Part shown: positions 40,501-54,600 of the stretch, piece after piece
Position numbering within the stretch: the first letter of the stretch is position 1
Layout of the letters: each line of letters begins with the position of its first letter
Assembly (NCBI GenBank): GCA_964035545.1
Contig: OZ037766.1
Span: forward strand, 6,934,722-6,998,721
Direction of reading: 5' to 3'
DNA: 64,000 nucleotides
From: Bugula neritina
Taxonomy: Eukaryota; Animalia; Bryozoa
The notes under the pieces: generated by a model
What the model saw: the letters and a program-made list of their open reading frames with translations, nothing else
What the model was told of the DNA's origin: nothing
Database searches by the model: none
Translations under genes and position numbers: made by a program

Positions 40501-43500
40501 TTGAAAGGCTTGCTACTGTAGAGTCACAGTTACAGGTGACTCAGCAAAAGTTCACAACCCTGCAGACGGTACACAACTTAGTCGTAGGCAAGAATGAATC
40601 GTTGAAAAAAGAGTTGAGTAATGTTAACGGGAGACTGACTGTGGAAACTTCCAACACTGAAAAGCTGCGCCATCAGCTGACGCAGCAGCTGGAGAAATCT
40701 CGCAGGGAGTCACTGCAACTCTCAGAGGAAGTATCCTCTCTGCATTTGCGCATGGAGTCAGCGCAACAGGAAGTTGCTTTTTATCGGCAGCGCGAAGTTG
40801 AGCTGAGCTCTGAGCTGACTCAGCTGACTCAGGAAAGAAGTGATCTACAGGGTAAAGTGAACAGTCTCAACTCCGACATGGTGCACCACAAGGCCCAGTA
40901 CATGTCTCAGGTGCTGCGAGTTCAACAACTTGAAGCATCGAAGGCTGGCCTCGAATCACAGACTGAGGCGTTCAAACAGGACAGTTTGGAGTTGTTTAAG
41001 CAACTTAACGAGGCGCGGCAGCAAAAGGATGATTTGCATCAGCAGTTGGAGTCTCTTCACAGTCAGCTCAATGAGTCTGTCAGCAACTGGAAGGATCAAG
41101 TGAAGCAGCAAGAAACTGAATTCAATCAGGTAAATCTCTCTGCGCTTGGAACTGGTGGCTATAAATATATACATGTTTCAGTATGCTCAATGGTGTGTAG
41201 AATATGTCACAGCATGTTACGTCCGCAATATGGCTGTCAAGTATTTTCATGTAATGATGAGTGCTGGAATTTAATGCCACTGGATAAAAAAGCTTTCATT
41301 TCCAATTGAATTATGAGAACTAAATTTATCTGTGATTAATATGAAACTTTCAAGTTGTATCAGTTTTGGTGAAGCTGTTTTCTATATAGCATTATGTTGC
41401 CTGTTGGTGTAGATGCATTGGCTGTTAAACTATGCAATCTGAAATGTTTTGTCAAAGTAACTCGTGTGTTGGAGATACGATATTACATGTTGGTGGCAAG
41501 CAAAAATAATATTTTCTCCAGATAGATCCCCATAACATCACTTACATCTCTAATGTTTGTTACTTTTTGCGAAATTTTATTAGCTTTTCTTTAATGCTTT
41601 TATCTATTCAATTTACCATAAATTTACCCCAACTTCACCCTTGATAGGTTTTTATGCACAAAAATACCATTAAATTTATTTTATAAAATAATGTTGTTCA
41701 CTGATAACTCCCGACTCCTCATCATGTTTGTAGAGTAAGGCAGAGCTGGAGAGGAAACTCTCCGTGGAGCAGACAACTTCTTCTACATATAAGTCAGAGC
41801 TGGATAAACTAGGTCACGAAGTTAACACTCTACGGCAGCAGGTGAAGTCGGCAGCAGACGTGGCAGAGAGCAGGAAACAGGAGATGAATGATGTCATCCG
41901 AACAGCTAAACTAGATGCCAGCTCAGGAGACGTTTTAGAGCAGCTCAACTCTAAGTTGAAGTCTCTTCAACAGCAGGTCTGATTATTTGATTTATTAGCT
42001 CTCTCTATTAATATGTTATGTATTATTTTTTCTAGTCATATATTATTATATTTTTCTATTGATATATTATTATATTACTTTCTTTCTCTCTAGTCATATA
42101 TGCATTATATTACTCACTCTATTATTATATTATTGTTCTCAATTGAACAGGTTAATAAGAAATCCGTACAACGTGTATATTTTACATTAAAAGAATTGAG
42201 TATAAAACAGCAAAACTACTCAAGAAAGCGCCATTCAATCTCCGACATTGCATTCAAGGGACCTTTGCCCTTTTATATTATGGAATTTATTTTCTGATAC
42301 ACACATGTGTATATGCCAAGTGAATCTGGTCAATTTCAGGCTTGATGAGAGGTCTTGTTAGGAAGTTTCTATGGTTTTCATTCAGTGTCAAGAAAATGTC
42401 ACAACTCCTGTGATCCTCTTTTCGATGTTATTCTCATCTGTCCTTTGAAAAACATTTTAAATTTTGTAGAATGCAGAATACAGGTTCACCACTACACACT
42501 TTAGATCAGAGAACAGCCAGTTACAGCTGCGAGTAAATCAGCTGGAAGAGTTGAACAGAGCTACGGAACAGAGGAATGCAATACTTCAGAAAGTGTGTAG
42601 TTCGTCTCTCTGTGTGTGCTGTAACATATTGAATAACACGTGTGTGCCATACATTTGGGTTTATGTTCACACTTTGTATGGCTACAGTGTGTTTGTGTAT
42701 ATTTTAGGAGTTGTCTACTGTCCAGGCTAGTCTAGACGACAGTTACAGCTCTGCCGATGCTCAGTTAAACCTGTTAGACCTGAGCTCATCTGACCTCATG
42801 TCTCTCAACGACACCTCTGAGCTGCGTAACTACATACTGGCCGCCAAACGGCAGTTAGAGATGATGCAAAGTAAACGAGCCAAAACTAATATAGGTAAGT
42901 TAACTGGTATCCATTTGTTGTACTAGTTATTTGCCACATGTTTTCAATAAGTGCTAGAAACATGAGATTTGTGAGATAGTTCTACCCAGCATTCAGCTTC
43001 ACTATTTTTTATGTAGAATATAGTCGGAAGATTGCAGAAATGGAGACACTAGTGAAGGGCAGAAGTGCCTCTTCTAGTGACGTCCCCTCAACTTCCGATA
43101 CAGATAGTAAGAAACCTCAGTCTATTAGTGGCAGTGACTACATGTCCTCAACAACTGATTTTGTTAAGCTGCCGCCTAAACTAGACATGAGCAGCTCTTA
43201 CTCCTCTGCTGCCGTGGCCGCTGACTTAGTCCAACAAAGCCTGACAGGAAATTTATCGGGCGTGGGACCCCTTGGTGTTGTTTCTGTCTCGCCTGAAGGT
43301 AAACCGGTTACTCCAGTGTCACTCAGCAATCTCTCTCCTATCAGCAGGGCTAGCTCCGGGGAGGAAGTGAAGCTGGATGATACTCTCTCTTACAAGCCTG
43401 TCTTACAGTCAAATGTCCAATTGAGCTCTCCCTATCTCAGCTCACAGTATGCTTCTTCCCATGATAGACTAAGTTCTGAGATGAATAGAGACTACCGGCT

Positions 43501-46500
43501 GCCACGGGGTGCTGGCAGACAGACCCTATATGAAGATCTGAGTGACATAGAACTCCCCGGCCTACCTGACTTACCTGATAGTCTCTCTCGCAAGGTCCAC
43601 TCCCTCACCAACCGCACCGATACAAGCACACCTACGCACAATCTTTCCCCAAATAATTCTAAAAATAATTTTCATGGCTCAAAATTGCTTTCTAGTTCAG
43701 GCAAGCGTGAGTCTGGTAATGTCAAAATGTCCGCCATTGAGTCAGAAAACGCTGCGTTGAGAGCTGAGCTGGAGTTCATCAACACCGATAGAACATCTTT
43801 ACATAAGGTTAGCATCTGACGTGTAATGACATATAATATGAAGTTAGTTGCAGAATACTGATATGTCTGCATAATTCTGCATTGTATATCTCGTCTTGTC
43901 GTAGTGGCAGTGAATAATCTTGTGATGAGCACATTTTTAGTTTGTACTCTTCATTCTCCTCATTCTTGAGATAATTTATTCCCAACTTGATTAAGTTCTA
44001 TTTTCAGTGCAAAATATTTAGAGCCGATATAAATTCTCAAAATATTTACATGTTATACTTTTTGTTGACAGCATATGGAGCATCATATTAGTGAACATGA
44101 TGCTCTTAACGAGACTTTAGATGAGCTAGAGAGGTCATTGGAAGAAGTGTACGACTCTAATAAACTGCTTAAGGATACTCTCGGAGACTGCAATGAGTTT
44201 ATACAGACCAACATTCTACACAGTAACACTTCAAGGTTGGTTGTTTGATAGTGAAATGTTTACTGGATATTGAAGATGGTCTAAAATCTAAATAGAGTGC
44301 TAGTAGTGGATCTTGTAAAAGGGCAGTCATGAAGCTATCGTAATGATAAGTGACATCTTTATTTTGTGTTGACACGCATAATTTGTATGCCTCTTTTTTC
44401 AAAATGCTCCTGTGTTAAACCAAATAGTATGTAATAAAAATGTAATTTATTTGTTTGTGATTTTATTTTTTACCTTCTAGAATGTGCTTTTATCAAATCT
44501 GTAATCTGTCTCAAAATATTTCCTGTTTTCTTTTAAGATTTTTTGACCAAATGCTAAAATTTTTTCATGCAAATTGTTCAACCCAATTGTTTCTATAAGT
44601 TTTAGAAGTGCTACATAATTGATTCGTTGTTTGATTAGATTTCACCGAGGACAAAAACTATCTCAATCAACTTCTGCTCGATCAAGAAGTGTGATGGATA
44701 TTTCCAGGCCACGCAGTGTGGCATCTGGTGTGAGACCACACAGTGTAGCACCTGTTGTACAGCCTCATCATATGACCTCAGTTGTCAGACCACACAGTGT
44801 GACACCTCATCACATGACCTCCTCCGCCAGACCACACAGTGTGACACCTCACCATATGACCTCCTCCGCCAGACCACACAGTGCGACATCTACCACAAGG
44901 TCACACAACTCCAGTCATAGAGCTAGGCCTCACAGCACCACTCCCTCACATCGAGGTATGCAGTTTGATGGCTTAATTGATCATATTCTTTTTTAAGATA
45001 GTTGTCTAGTACCGCATGTCTCCTATAAATCATACTCAATTATTTGAAATAAGATCTTACACACAGTGTATATTTTAGGCCACGCATTTTGCACATTATT
45101 TCATCGGCCCACTTTTAAGAAACCTGTGATGTCCGACGCCTCAACTATCAGTTGTATGCTTGTAGCGACTCCATTTAGTGTGACATTTGGTAGTAATGAG
45201 ATGAACACTTACTACGAGAATGAAGAGAAGGCGGGCTGGTCCGCCCAGAGCGACATGAACTTGACCTCATCCTCAGAATTCAATAAGTTGCAGCAGACAA
45301 ACGTCTCTAACTATGACTGCTTGTTGAACAGCGACACCAACACCAAGTCCCCGTCTAGACGCCCACCGTCTGCCTCTAAGGCTACAGATCTTAATCATAT
45401 CATCCAGCATTCTCTTAACAGACTCAATCAGGTTTCTTCTAGCTTCTTGTTTAACCACATCTTCTTCTTGTTATTCAATCTCTACCCAGCTTTTTTAAAT
45501 TTGACCAAAAGCAGTATAAATCAATATCATACATAGAAGTATTGATTGTTGATATTATTGTATTATTGCTCTTCAATATTTAGATATTTATGTTGGTACT
45601 CCCTGTGTGATTGCATTACATGCAGTAATCTATGCAAGGCATGTGGAGCTAGGTCATCATTTTGGAGTGTCAATTTAATACCAACATTGCCCATTTTTCG
45701 TAGTCGGTAGTCAATATTAATTTCATCATATGTATTGTTTCAGATTAATTCGGATACAGAAATTAGCAGCCATGTTACGTCTGTACCTTCAAGGACCTCT
45801 AAATACTCCAGCTCTGCAGGTAACTTGTCTTTGAATGTTCACTAGCAAGTTTAAAGTAAATCCCCTCCTTAGTGAATAGTATTACATAGATAGAACCCCT
45901 GAATGGTATTATTCTAGAGGTATAAGTGAAACTTGAGCAGCATCTTGTTTTGAAACTAATTTCTTTGTTCAATTAAAAGTTTTAGCACCTAATTTGCTCA
46001 AGCTTCTAGAATGAAATCAGTTTTATAACCCTATAGATTTTGGTGATTAGTTTCACTGTTTATTGGGATTTGTGTTTTCCTGTTGAAGAAATGTTTAGTT
46101 CATTAGAATTTATGTACTAAGTTTAGCCCTTTCTATTAGTGCCTGTCCTTCATCTCATTCATAACATGTTGATTGTAGACTACATATAAGCACGCAGGTA
46201 AACTATGTATTTTGATTTTGTGTGTGCACACTGTTTGAAATCACTTAACCAAACCTTATATTATTTAATTCTATTGTTGTAAGTAACATTTTGATAACTA
46301 ATTGTGTGTCAGATTTATTAGCTACTTTTGCTGTCACATTCTGTACAGTTTTCTTCTCCTTGAGTTTACTGGTGGCAACAATTGTGTACATCTTGTTACT
46401 ATTTCCAAATTATCTATTGATTATTTGTGTTTGTGAATACGTATTACCTTGTTGTATAATAGGTTTTAGCAGAATGCATTGTAAGATGCTGATTAAACTA

Positions 46501-46986
46501 CTATTTTATTAATTTTCCACTGAATTTTTGTTAATTTCAGATGAAACTGATTCTGAAGATGAAAAGTATATTACAGCGAATCAGCATACTCCATTGTGGC
46601 ACTCAGCCAATCACCATACTCATGTATCACACTCAGCCAATCAGCATGCTCCTGTATCACATTTAGCCAATCAGCATACACCTGTATTACATTTAGCCAA
46701 TCAGCATACTTCTAGTAGCCCATTCTCTAAAGGGGACAGCTTTTATACACCAGAAAGAACTCCCAACCGCTCAGCAATGTTAATAGAGAAACTTAAAGGC
46801 TCTTATCAGCCCAAGACTATTGAAAATAGCTTTAAATCTTTCAGAGATTCTAGTTTCCAGTCTGGAGCTGGTAGTCCACTAAACAGTTCCACATCTAAGG
46901 CTAAGTACAATGATGGAGGCCCTGGGCCAGATGAAATAAAGGCTGTTTTACCAGAGCCAAACCGTTGCAAGTTTTCTGATGTTTAG
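22538..46986 (+). CDS. Large (~1,950 aa) protein: N-terminal tandem calponin-homology domains, long coiled coil, Ser-rich disordered C-terminus; ~25 exons
   Basis: Phase-consistent small exons 22538-22561, 23025-23144 (IYKEWVNSIL), 25628-25751, 27130-27207 (DLISGDFNSLLEIVWILILNY), 27600-27714 (KLLLRWCSELL), 28078-28144, 30598-30671 (AIVEAERRLGVSSNLI) and 31321-31513 (ENLAVTVYISLL) give a CH1+CH2 signature. Then 32981-33082, 33810-34167, 35996-36185, ~36663-36814, 37269-37498, 38777-38926, 39351-39540, 40026-41129 (coiled coil), 41734-41976, 42470-42592, 42708-42894, 43017-43807, 44071-44234, 44639-44955, ~45165-45431, 45744-45819 and 46541-46986. Confidence 0.82.
30212..30378 (-). mobile_element. 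tRNA-derived SINE, 5'-truncated copy
   Basis: B box GGGTTCGAACCCC, core and 3' end GCGACTATAAACTTGCATGAGTTT match the other copies; contains the hairpin AAAACCCCT-GATAGA-AGGGGTTTT. Confidence 0.85.
34555..34942. repeat. 22-bp minisatellite (AGTGTACTGTAGTGTATGGCGC), ~17 copies, intronic
   Basis: Direct tandem units; source of the three spurious repetitive minus-strand ORFs. Confidence 0.93.
35732..35931 (+). mobile_element. tRNA-derived SINE with possible 9-bp TSD
   Basis: GGTCTAGGGGTTAAAGCG...GGGTTCGAACCCCG head, core GGTGATGTTAGGAAGAGCATCCAGTC and 3' GCGACTATAAACTTGCGTGAG. TTTTTCCTT lies at 35723-35731 and 35932-35940. Confidence 0.88.
36811..37247 (+). repeat. 21-bp minisatellite, ~20 copies, built from the splice donor ATTG|GTGGGT
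   Basis: Unit TATTGGTGGGTAGTTAGTAGT; the first copy straddles the exon end (AACATTG|gtgggtaatt), and the array fills nearly the whole intron. Confidence 0.93.
37512..37625 (+). repeat. 29-bp tandem repeat, ~4 copies, just after the donor at 37498
   Basis: Unit CAGTGTACTGACT(A/G)TTAGTAGCTA(C/A/G)TA(C/G)T. Confidence 0.85.
38253..38772 (+). repeat. 21-bp minisatellite, ~24.5 copies, most carrying TACTAAC, abutting the 3' splice site
   Basis: Unit TACTAACTCTGAACTACTCTA, ending ...TACTAACTCTGAACTACTGCAG| with the exon starting at 38777. Confidence 0.95.
44710..44945 (+). repeat. Coding imperfect repeats (RPHSV/PHHMTSS) within an exon
   Basis: 39-nt and 27-nt related units encoding RPHSVTPHHMTSSA-like peptides. 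Confidence 0.8.
46574..46710 (+). repeat. Coding 30-bp repeat (H-S/L-ANQH-T/A-PV), 5 copies, terminal exon
   Basis: AGCCAATCAGCAT core every 30 nt, in frame. Confidence 0.85.
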
Positions 46987-48634
46987 TATTCCAAAACTCT
47001 ATGCCATTCTGTACATAGTGTTTTATATATAAATATAAAGTTGTTCTTGCTCTAATTTATGTTATTTATTATTGTAGCTCATTAGTCTCGATGTTTTAAC
47101 CCAAAATCCTATATTATTTTATTAAATATATTATGTTATTTATTCTTATAGAGGGTATTATTATAGTAAAACGTATAGCTTTATAAAATACTTTTTCTGC
47201 TAAACTCAGCCAGCCTATGAAAAAATTGTTTATTTGTTTTCACTGCAAGTTATAGAAGTAACAGCTCCTAGAGCTTATATATTAATTTATTTAAAATTAA
47301 TTTAGAAAAAGTTGTTTAAATAATATATACATGTTGCAGTGTGGTATAGTCATAAATATATAGTCTGTAGTACTTTTCTTCTTTTGTGTTTTTGGTGCTT
47401 TTTATATGTTCTGGTGTGAATAAGATGTAGCTGAAGTGAGTTCAAAGTTTAGTGCAAGCAATTTCTGAATTTACTATTGGTAGTATAAATATAAATTAAA
47501 TTTATAAAGCAAATATATGCTGTATTATATTCAGTTGAACAAAAATATAGTTGACTAATATCTGCATATAAATTGCTTCAAAATTTATATTTCATAAAAA
47601 TATTTTGCACTAATGTGTTTTAGATTTGAAACAAAATGCTGCAATTTTTGTTTTACTACCCTTTAGAGAAATGAACAGCATACAAAAATCATGTGTTATA
47701 TAGACAAATATAATATTTTTATAAAAAAGCTATCAAGTTATAACATACAATCCAATCATCATTGCTGAGATTACAGGCATATATCATTAGCTCAATAATA
47801 TGCATCAGCCGTACAGAAATGTTCGAAGGCTCATTGTAAGTAGTCGCAGGCTTGAACATATCTTTGAAGTTGTCATATCACCCTAACAAGGCTACCCTTC
47901 CTCATAAGTTACGCTGTATAGTTTACACAACTTGTCAGCAAATTTAATTGACTTTAAATTGAACTATTGGCAAGAAAATTTGCCAATTTACCAATACAAT
48001 TACCAAGTACTGAAATTGATATTAAAATGCTATGAAAGTTATGAATTTTATGAGATACATGTTACATTCCCTCCTAATGTGAAGTATATACATGTACACA
48101 CTGTATGTACCCCTATATAATAATTCAAGCCATGCGGATAGTGTAAACTGGTTAACACTATAAATATTACCAGCTCTGTAACATTATTGGGCCACTGACC
48201 ATATGGGATGTATTAATGCAAGTGAGATCAAGATAATCAGATCTGCATTAGCCCAAATCTTGCTGGTAAGCTCATTAGGGCTGGCATATAGTGCCCTTCC
48301 TAAAGTATTCTATCAGATCTTCCAGACTCTCAGTTTTGTTTTGACTTCTGTACTAGTACTTATTACACTACGAAAATACTTACTATACACACAACAAGGC
48401 AGCTGCGTGTTTAGTTACTTAGCTGCTGTCGGGCAAATTTGAATCAGAACTTAAGACAAGAGCTTGCTTGTACGTTCAAGTTGACACACACTGCACTGGA
48501 AATAACCCAAATTCCTTTGATTAGTCAATCAGCTACAAGCAAATTAATTTGAGAGGAAAGATCATTGCTGACACAGTACGTTACTTGAAACACTTGATTC
48601 TAGTCACTGATACTGATAGGATAGTAAACTTAAG

Positions 48635-51600
48635 ATGTTGTACGTGAATCTCCAGCTTGTCGTACTTTCCCTGGTGATTGCTTCTTCAAATTCTCTGTTC
48701 AGGGGGTAAGTGCATTATTTACTTTAACTGTTTTCTTTAGCAGGCACAGCTATTTGGTCATTGAAACAGTTGCTAAATTTTAGGCTTACTATTAAAATAC
48801 CATAATGAGATCAACTGAGACCACTTTTGAATATGTCACAGTAGTATCTTTTTTGTAAATCAATCTATAATTTAGTTTCCATCTTATGACTTATTCCATT
48901 CAAACTAAATATTCTGGTTAAAAGAAAAATTGAAATGTTTATATCTTTGTTAGGTTAGATGCTGTAAAAACTTGATGAACCACATTTACTTTATAAACAC
49001 AAATTTTCAGCTCTACTGTAAATCAGTACCAATTAACTTAAGGCGATAACCACTGAACTGAAACTATAGCATTATAGTTCAATGGCTATAACATTCAATT
49101 ATATTAGTGCTGCTTATATTATACATAAATGTTTACACTACTTATGTAATATTATATGTAGCTCAGTTAGACAAGAGCATAGTCCTAATATGCCTGTACG
49201 TCTATGAAAAACAAGCAATTTTGAAAGCTGGACATCTACATGAAAATTTATATATTTTTGGGATAAATATATTCATATACAAATTTTACATGTAAGCTAG
49301 TACTAACATATTTAAAGTTAATTAAAGATAAAATCTAAATTATACCCTTCATTATTACAATATTCTTCTGCAGGTGAAGTTTTTCTTTAGACATATGTTT
49401 TATTAAAATACGAGTCAAAAAGTCTTAATGCCAATGAAACAATAAGAAAAGTCATCACTTTGTGAAGCTTACTAAAATAATTTCTTGTTGAACCGCATTC
49501 TTAGAGACCGACTCTTAGAATATGTGGCTTTTAATCAATTTAATTTCTGAATAATACTTCCTTGCAAGAAAATATAATACACAAACAATCCAAGTTGATA
49601 TTGGTTTCACTTTAATAATATGCACGAATCATACAACAAGCATAATCAGCATAATAATAAAAAGTCAATACATTTTTCATGCCACTAATTTTTGTATAGG
49701 TGATTTAAATTAACTTTCATTTAATTCAAAATGTAGTTGTATTTCAGCTTTCTAAATATTATAATTGAACTTCTTAAAAAATGATCAAGTTCAACGGTAT
49801 GCATGTAAAGTTTTGAACCTTTAAGAAATGATCTACAATGCAGAAAATAGCAATGACGCATAGTTGAGTTAGAATTGACTTACTATAGCAGTGTAGATAC
49901 AACAATGTAAAAAGTTGACAGCTTGCTTTAGTTAACTACACATGGTAGGTTGTGTGACAATAATTGGCATGCTTTATTGTTATAGCCGTCATTGCCAAAA
50001 AATTTTATATGAACAAATTCACGGCTAAGCAAATTAATAACCATAATATACCAGATGGCTTGTAATAAAGTTACACTAGCATTTTTATAGCTATATAAAC
50101 CAAGTATAATATACAGAGCTTCCTGCAGCTGTATTCTTTGTATTATTTGTATACATCACAAATATCTAGCATACATTCGCGCCAAATAATATATTTCATG
50201 GTGTTAGCCTTTTCAAATAGGTTATTGTAAAGGTTCTGTTGGTATGAAATTATTATATGCTATATGTTATATTATAGCTTTACGTATAACAGTGTATAAT
50301 AAACATGAGAGTGTTTCTGTAAACATATAGATTTGTTTAATATTTCAGGCGTCTGAGGGGTCCAAATATCTGCTACAGTTATGATGTAGGTAGACACTGC
50401 TGTCCTGGCTTTGTGCAGATTAACAGCTTCTGTATCCCAAGTTCATCTGCACCTAAAGGTATGAAAATTTTACAGGCAATTTGTTTGAAAATAATATTCA
50501 ACTTTAAAAATTCAGAGCAATGCTGATATTGCATTTTAGTTGCAGTACAAGACTTATAATAACCAAACTTGAATTAATAAATTTCAAATTTATAAAAGTC
50601 TTATAAAAACTTTAAATTTCATATTAGAGATTTTCCTCCCATTGGCTCACTCCGTATTAAGAATATTTCAAATAGTCACTAGAAAGCTGTAAAGAATAAA
50701 TGTTTTATGAATTTTAATAGCATTTTTGTACAATAGTTGCACTTATTGAATATCTGTTTAGCAAGAATTAAGGTAGCCATTGACTTATTGAAAGAATGTA
50801 AGGCATTTCTTTTTAGATTAAATTAATACCAGTTAGATATATAATCTTACATGACTTGCATGCTATAGATGTTACCCATGTGTCTGCAGCTATAAGAAAT
50901 GTAGTGAGGCATGAAGTCTCGTAGAACAAAGCAAAGCTATTTCTTTGACAGCAAGTTAAATATCTCAATCAGTACATATATTATACTCATATAGTTTAGC
51001 TGTGTGTTAGAGCTATATTATTTTATATGATTGCAATAATACACTTTTATGATTTAATTTAAACTGAAGCTTTTTGCAATCTCTCCATTTTGAAATAGAT
51101 TTTGTAATTAATAAGGATTAGGCATTTGCAAGTAAATGGTTATTTTAAGTTATTGTGGATCAATTCCATGTGCATTAGACCTGATTGTGTGTATACTGCA
51201 CGTATAATTTGTCAACTTTTATTTCTGCAGCTTCAATAAGGAATAGCCAAACTACCCAGAGAAACTTTAATTAGTGCATTAATATGCTGATTAATTGGTA
51301 GAGAGAATGGCCGAAAGCCCCAAACCTATGAATATAATTTAATTAGTGTAATTAAGTTATAACTAGATGTAGCCTTCATTGTTTTCTATAATGCCTTTAG
51401 TAGTGCTAAATATAAATTGCACTAACTTTGTACTTATGATACACAGAACACAGGGTTTACATACCGTGCTGGTACAAATCTTACTCGCACATGCACTAGA
51501 TACACATGTATACTACATACACATGTACTACATTACTGCACTACTACACTACTACACTACCACACTACCACACTACCACACTACTACACTACTACAATAC

Positions 51601-54600
51601 TACACTACTACACTACTATATACACTACCACACTACTACACTACTACACTAATACACTACTACACTACCACACTACCACACTACCACACTACCACACTAC
51701 CACGCTACTACACTACCACACTACTACACTACTACACTGATACACTACTGCACTACTACACTACTACACTTCTACACTACCACACTACCACACTACCACA
51801 CTACCACACTACTACACTACTACACTACTACACTACTACACTACTACACTACTACACTACCACATTGCCACAATTTATTGTTTATTTAGCAGGCATCAAT
51901 CAGCAACCATAACTTAGTTAATTAATTCATGTCAAAAAGTGCTGTCCACTTGACATGAACAGTTAATGTAATTTGGTTCCTCATTTGAGGTAAATACAAC
52001 TTCGAAAGAAATTCTACACGTCAGATAACATATTTTAGAGGTGAGTTTAAAACAGGACATGAAAACCCCAGCTCCTCAAGTCAGATTTGCTTACAAGCCT
52101 TACAAACCTAAGATTGTAAGTCTGACAAAAACAGATGACTTGGGCCGACCAATTGGTGTGGCGTATTCTCACGGGAGAGAAGAAGAAACAGTCTTTCTTC
52201 CAAACACAAGTGAGTTTTTATAATGGCTTATGCATGGATATCACAGTGAGATTTGTTGAGTGGTGGGCTTTAAGTACTTCTATTCATTAGCTTTAATACA
52301 AGTTGTTATGTATTTATTGTGAAAATGATGTAAGGATATATGCCAAGCAATTGGTATTAAATAAATGAAAATTATTTCCGACACAACTCTTCAGCACTAA
52401 AATATTTGCTGAAAAAACAGTGTCTAATATCACTTTGAATATGAAGTTGCATATCATGATTTCATAAGAAACCCATGCAGTGAACTTATTTCTTGCTCCT
52501 CGAAAACTTTAGAGAAAAATATATTATGGATATTTAACAAATTTTCGTTGACTACCAAATTATATAAAATTTTCAAACTTTTACAAACAACTGTTAATAG
52601 ACAAGGTGCCAACTCTACAAATGATGAAACGACTAGAACTTTACTATATACTTTGATACATGATACAATGTCCGTATTTGTGATTTTAAAGAAACCGTGG
52701 AGTACATAGCTCCAAATCTAGCTGAAGATTTCTACATCCCGCACGATATGGAATCTATTCGCAAGCAGTTAGCTGAGCAAAGTAAGACAAGGGTGATTAC
52801 CACACCACCCCCAACTCCACCTAGACTGAGATTCCAGTCTGCCCCCACCACAAAGCCATACAGACCTTGGGATGACAAGTCTGATAGACTAACCGGACAG
52901 GTAAAAGTTGTGACAGAAATAGCTGATAGTAAGAATAGCAAACATGATAATTAGTAACTATGTAAATTGTTGCTATCTATTTGCTGCTACTCATTGATTT
53001 GTATGACACGCTAGTAATCTGCAGTGAAATTTAAATGATTTTATGCATAGCTTTATATATCAATATTTTAAAATTTCAAAATTAGACTTTGTTAGGCATT
53101 TTAGTTCTAATTAGTTACAACCAATTGTTTTGCCTCTTTATGGAATCATTCCTACAAGATAGCGACATTGGCTAAAAATGGCACCTGAAATATAATATAA
53201 ACAGAACAATAACCGCAGGTAAAGTTCTGTCTACTATTGCAGGTAGCTGTAGGTAAAGTAGGAAAGCAGTATCTCCAGGCTGTATTATCGGGAGAGGAAG
53301 TTGAGCATGAACCTTTGAACCCCACAGACACTGCAGCTTTTAGAGGGAGAGCACTGGTAACAAGACCTCTAGTTGGAGATAAGACAACTACTAACGCACC
53401 AAACAAAGTTTCAGGGTATTCCGTGTTACTAAAAGCATTTTCTTGTAATTACCGTTGTAGAATATGGGGTGAATCTAGCATATTTTATTAGCAAAATATG
53501 TTTATGCTTTATGCTTTAGAATTTCGGTTTTTAAGGATTCCCGTCGCATACCTGATTAAATTTGTATCTAATATATTCAATAGTTGTATTTAAATAGTTT
53601 CGCATGATACTTTTCCACATTTTTTAGTATAAACCGAAACTGCAATTACTGTTTCCTTGATATATAGCTGTAGCAACTGCAACTGAAGTTAAGGTTTCTA
53701 GTTAGAAATACGCAAATTGGTCATTTGTGACTTTGATTTACCATGGTGTATAAAACTACCAGCATGGCTTATACTGTGTTTCTAAACTACATCATGACAC
53801 TTGTAGGCTGGCTGAGAATACCCACAACAGAATATATTTTAGACAAATGCCTATTAACGCAGGCTCCAGTCTAACAGCAGCAACCAATCAGCAACAGAGC
53901 TCACAAGGAAATGTAATGCCTGACAACAGTCACACTGCATTCTTCAACAGTAAGATTATACTATACTTGCATATACTTTTTTTATGTTTATATTGAGCAG
54001 CTAAAATCTCTTTGTGAATCTAATATATTGTTCCATGATCCAATATAATTTAGAAAATTCAAAGGCGTGCATATATAATACATAAATGATACATGATCCA
54101 GTAGTTACCGCAAACCATAACACTTCACGATAAATAAACAAAATATATAATGCAAGTTATTAAATATTTTTATTTTACTATCTAAAACGTGTTGGTTAAT
54201 GAATTTATTTGCTCATATTTTGTTTGTGGTAGGAGAAAATGAGATTAACATAATATACAACATTTCGTACTAAATATAAACTAGTTTAATTAGAAATGTG
54301 TATTTTATTTGATATATATTTCAAAATAAATATTATGAACTGTATGATTGCAGAATGTCCTGAGGGCTATACGCCTGCAAAGTCTCCAGAAGATGGGGAG
54401 TTATGCTACCCTACCTCAGCTCTTCTCAGCTCTGCTGACGACTATGGTAGAGTGTCTGCTAGTGATAATGGAGGTATTGCGTGTCCACCTGGTAAGTTTA
54501 AAGCGTAATTTCTCACTGTTATATTTAGCCTTGCTGATTTCATGCATCGAAACACTATTCAATCATGTTTCAAGTGATCATTCAATGTAGCTGTTGTGAA

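Noticed and set aside
51379-51912. 177-aa His/Tyr/Thr-rich ORF
   Set aside because: Product of the CACTA simple repeat within an intron of the EGF gene.
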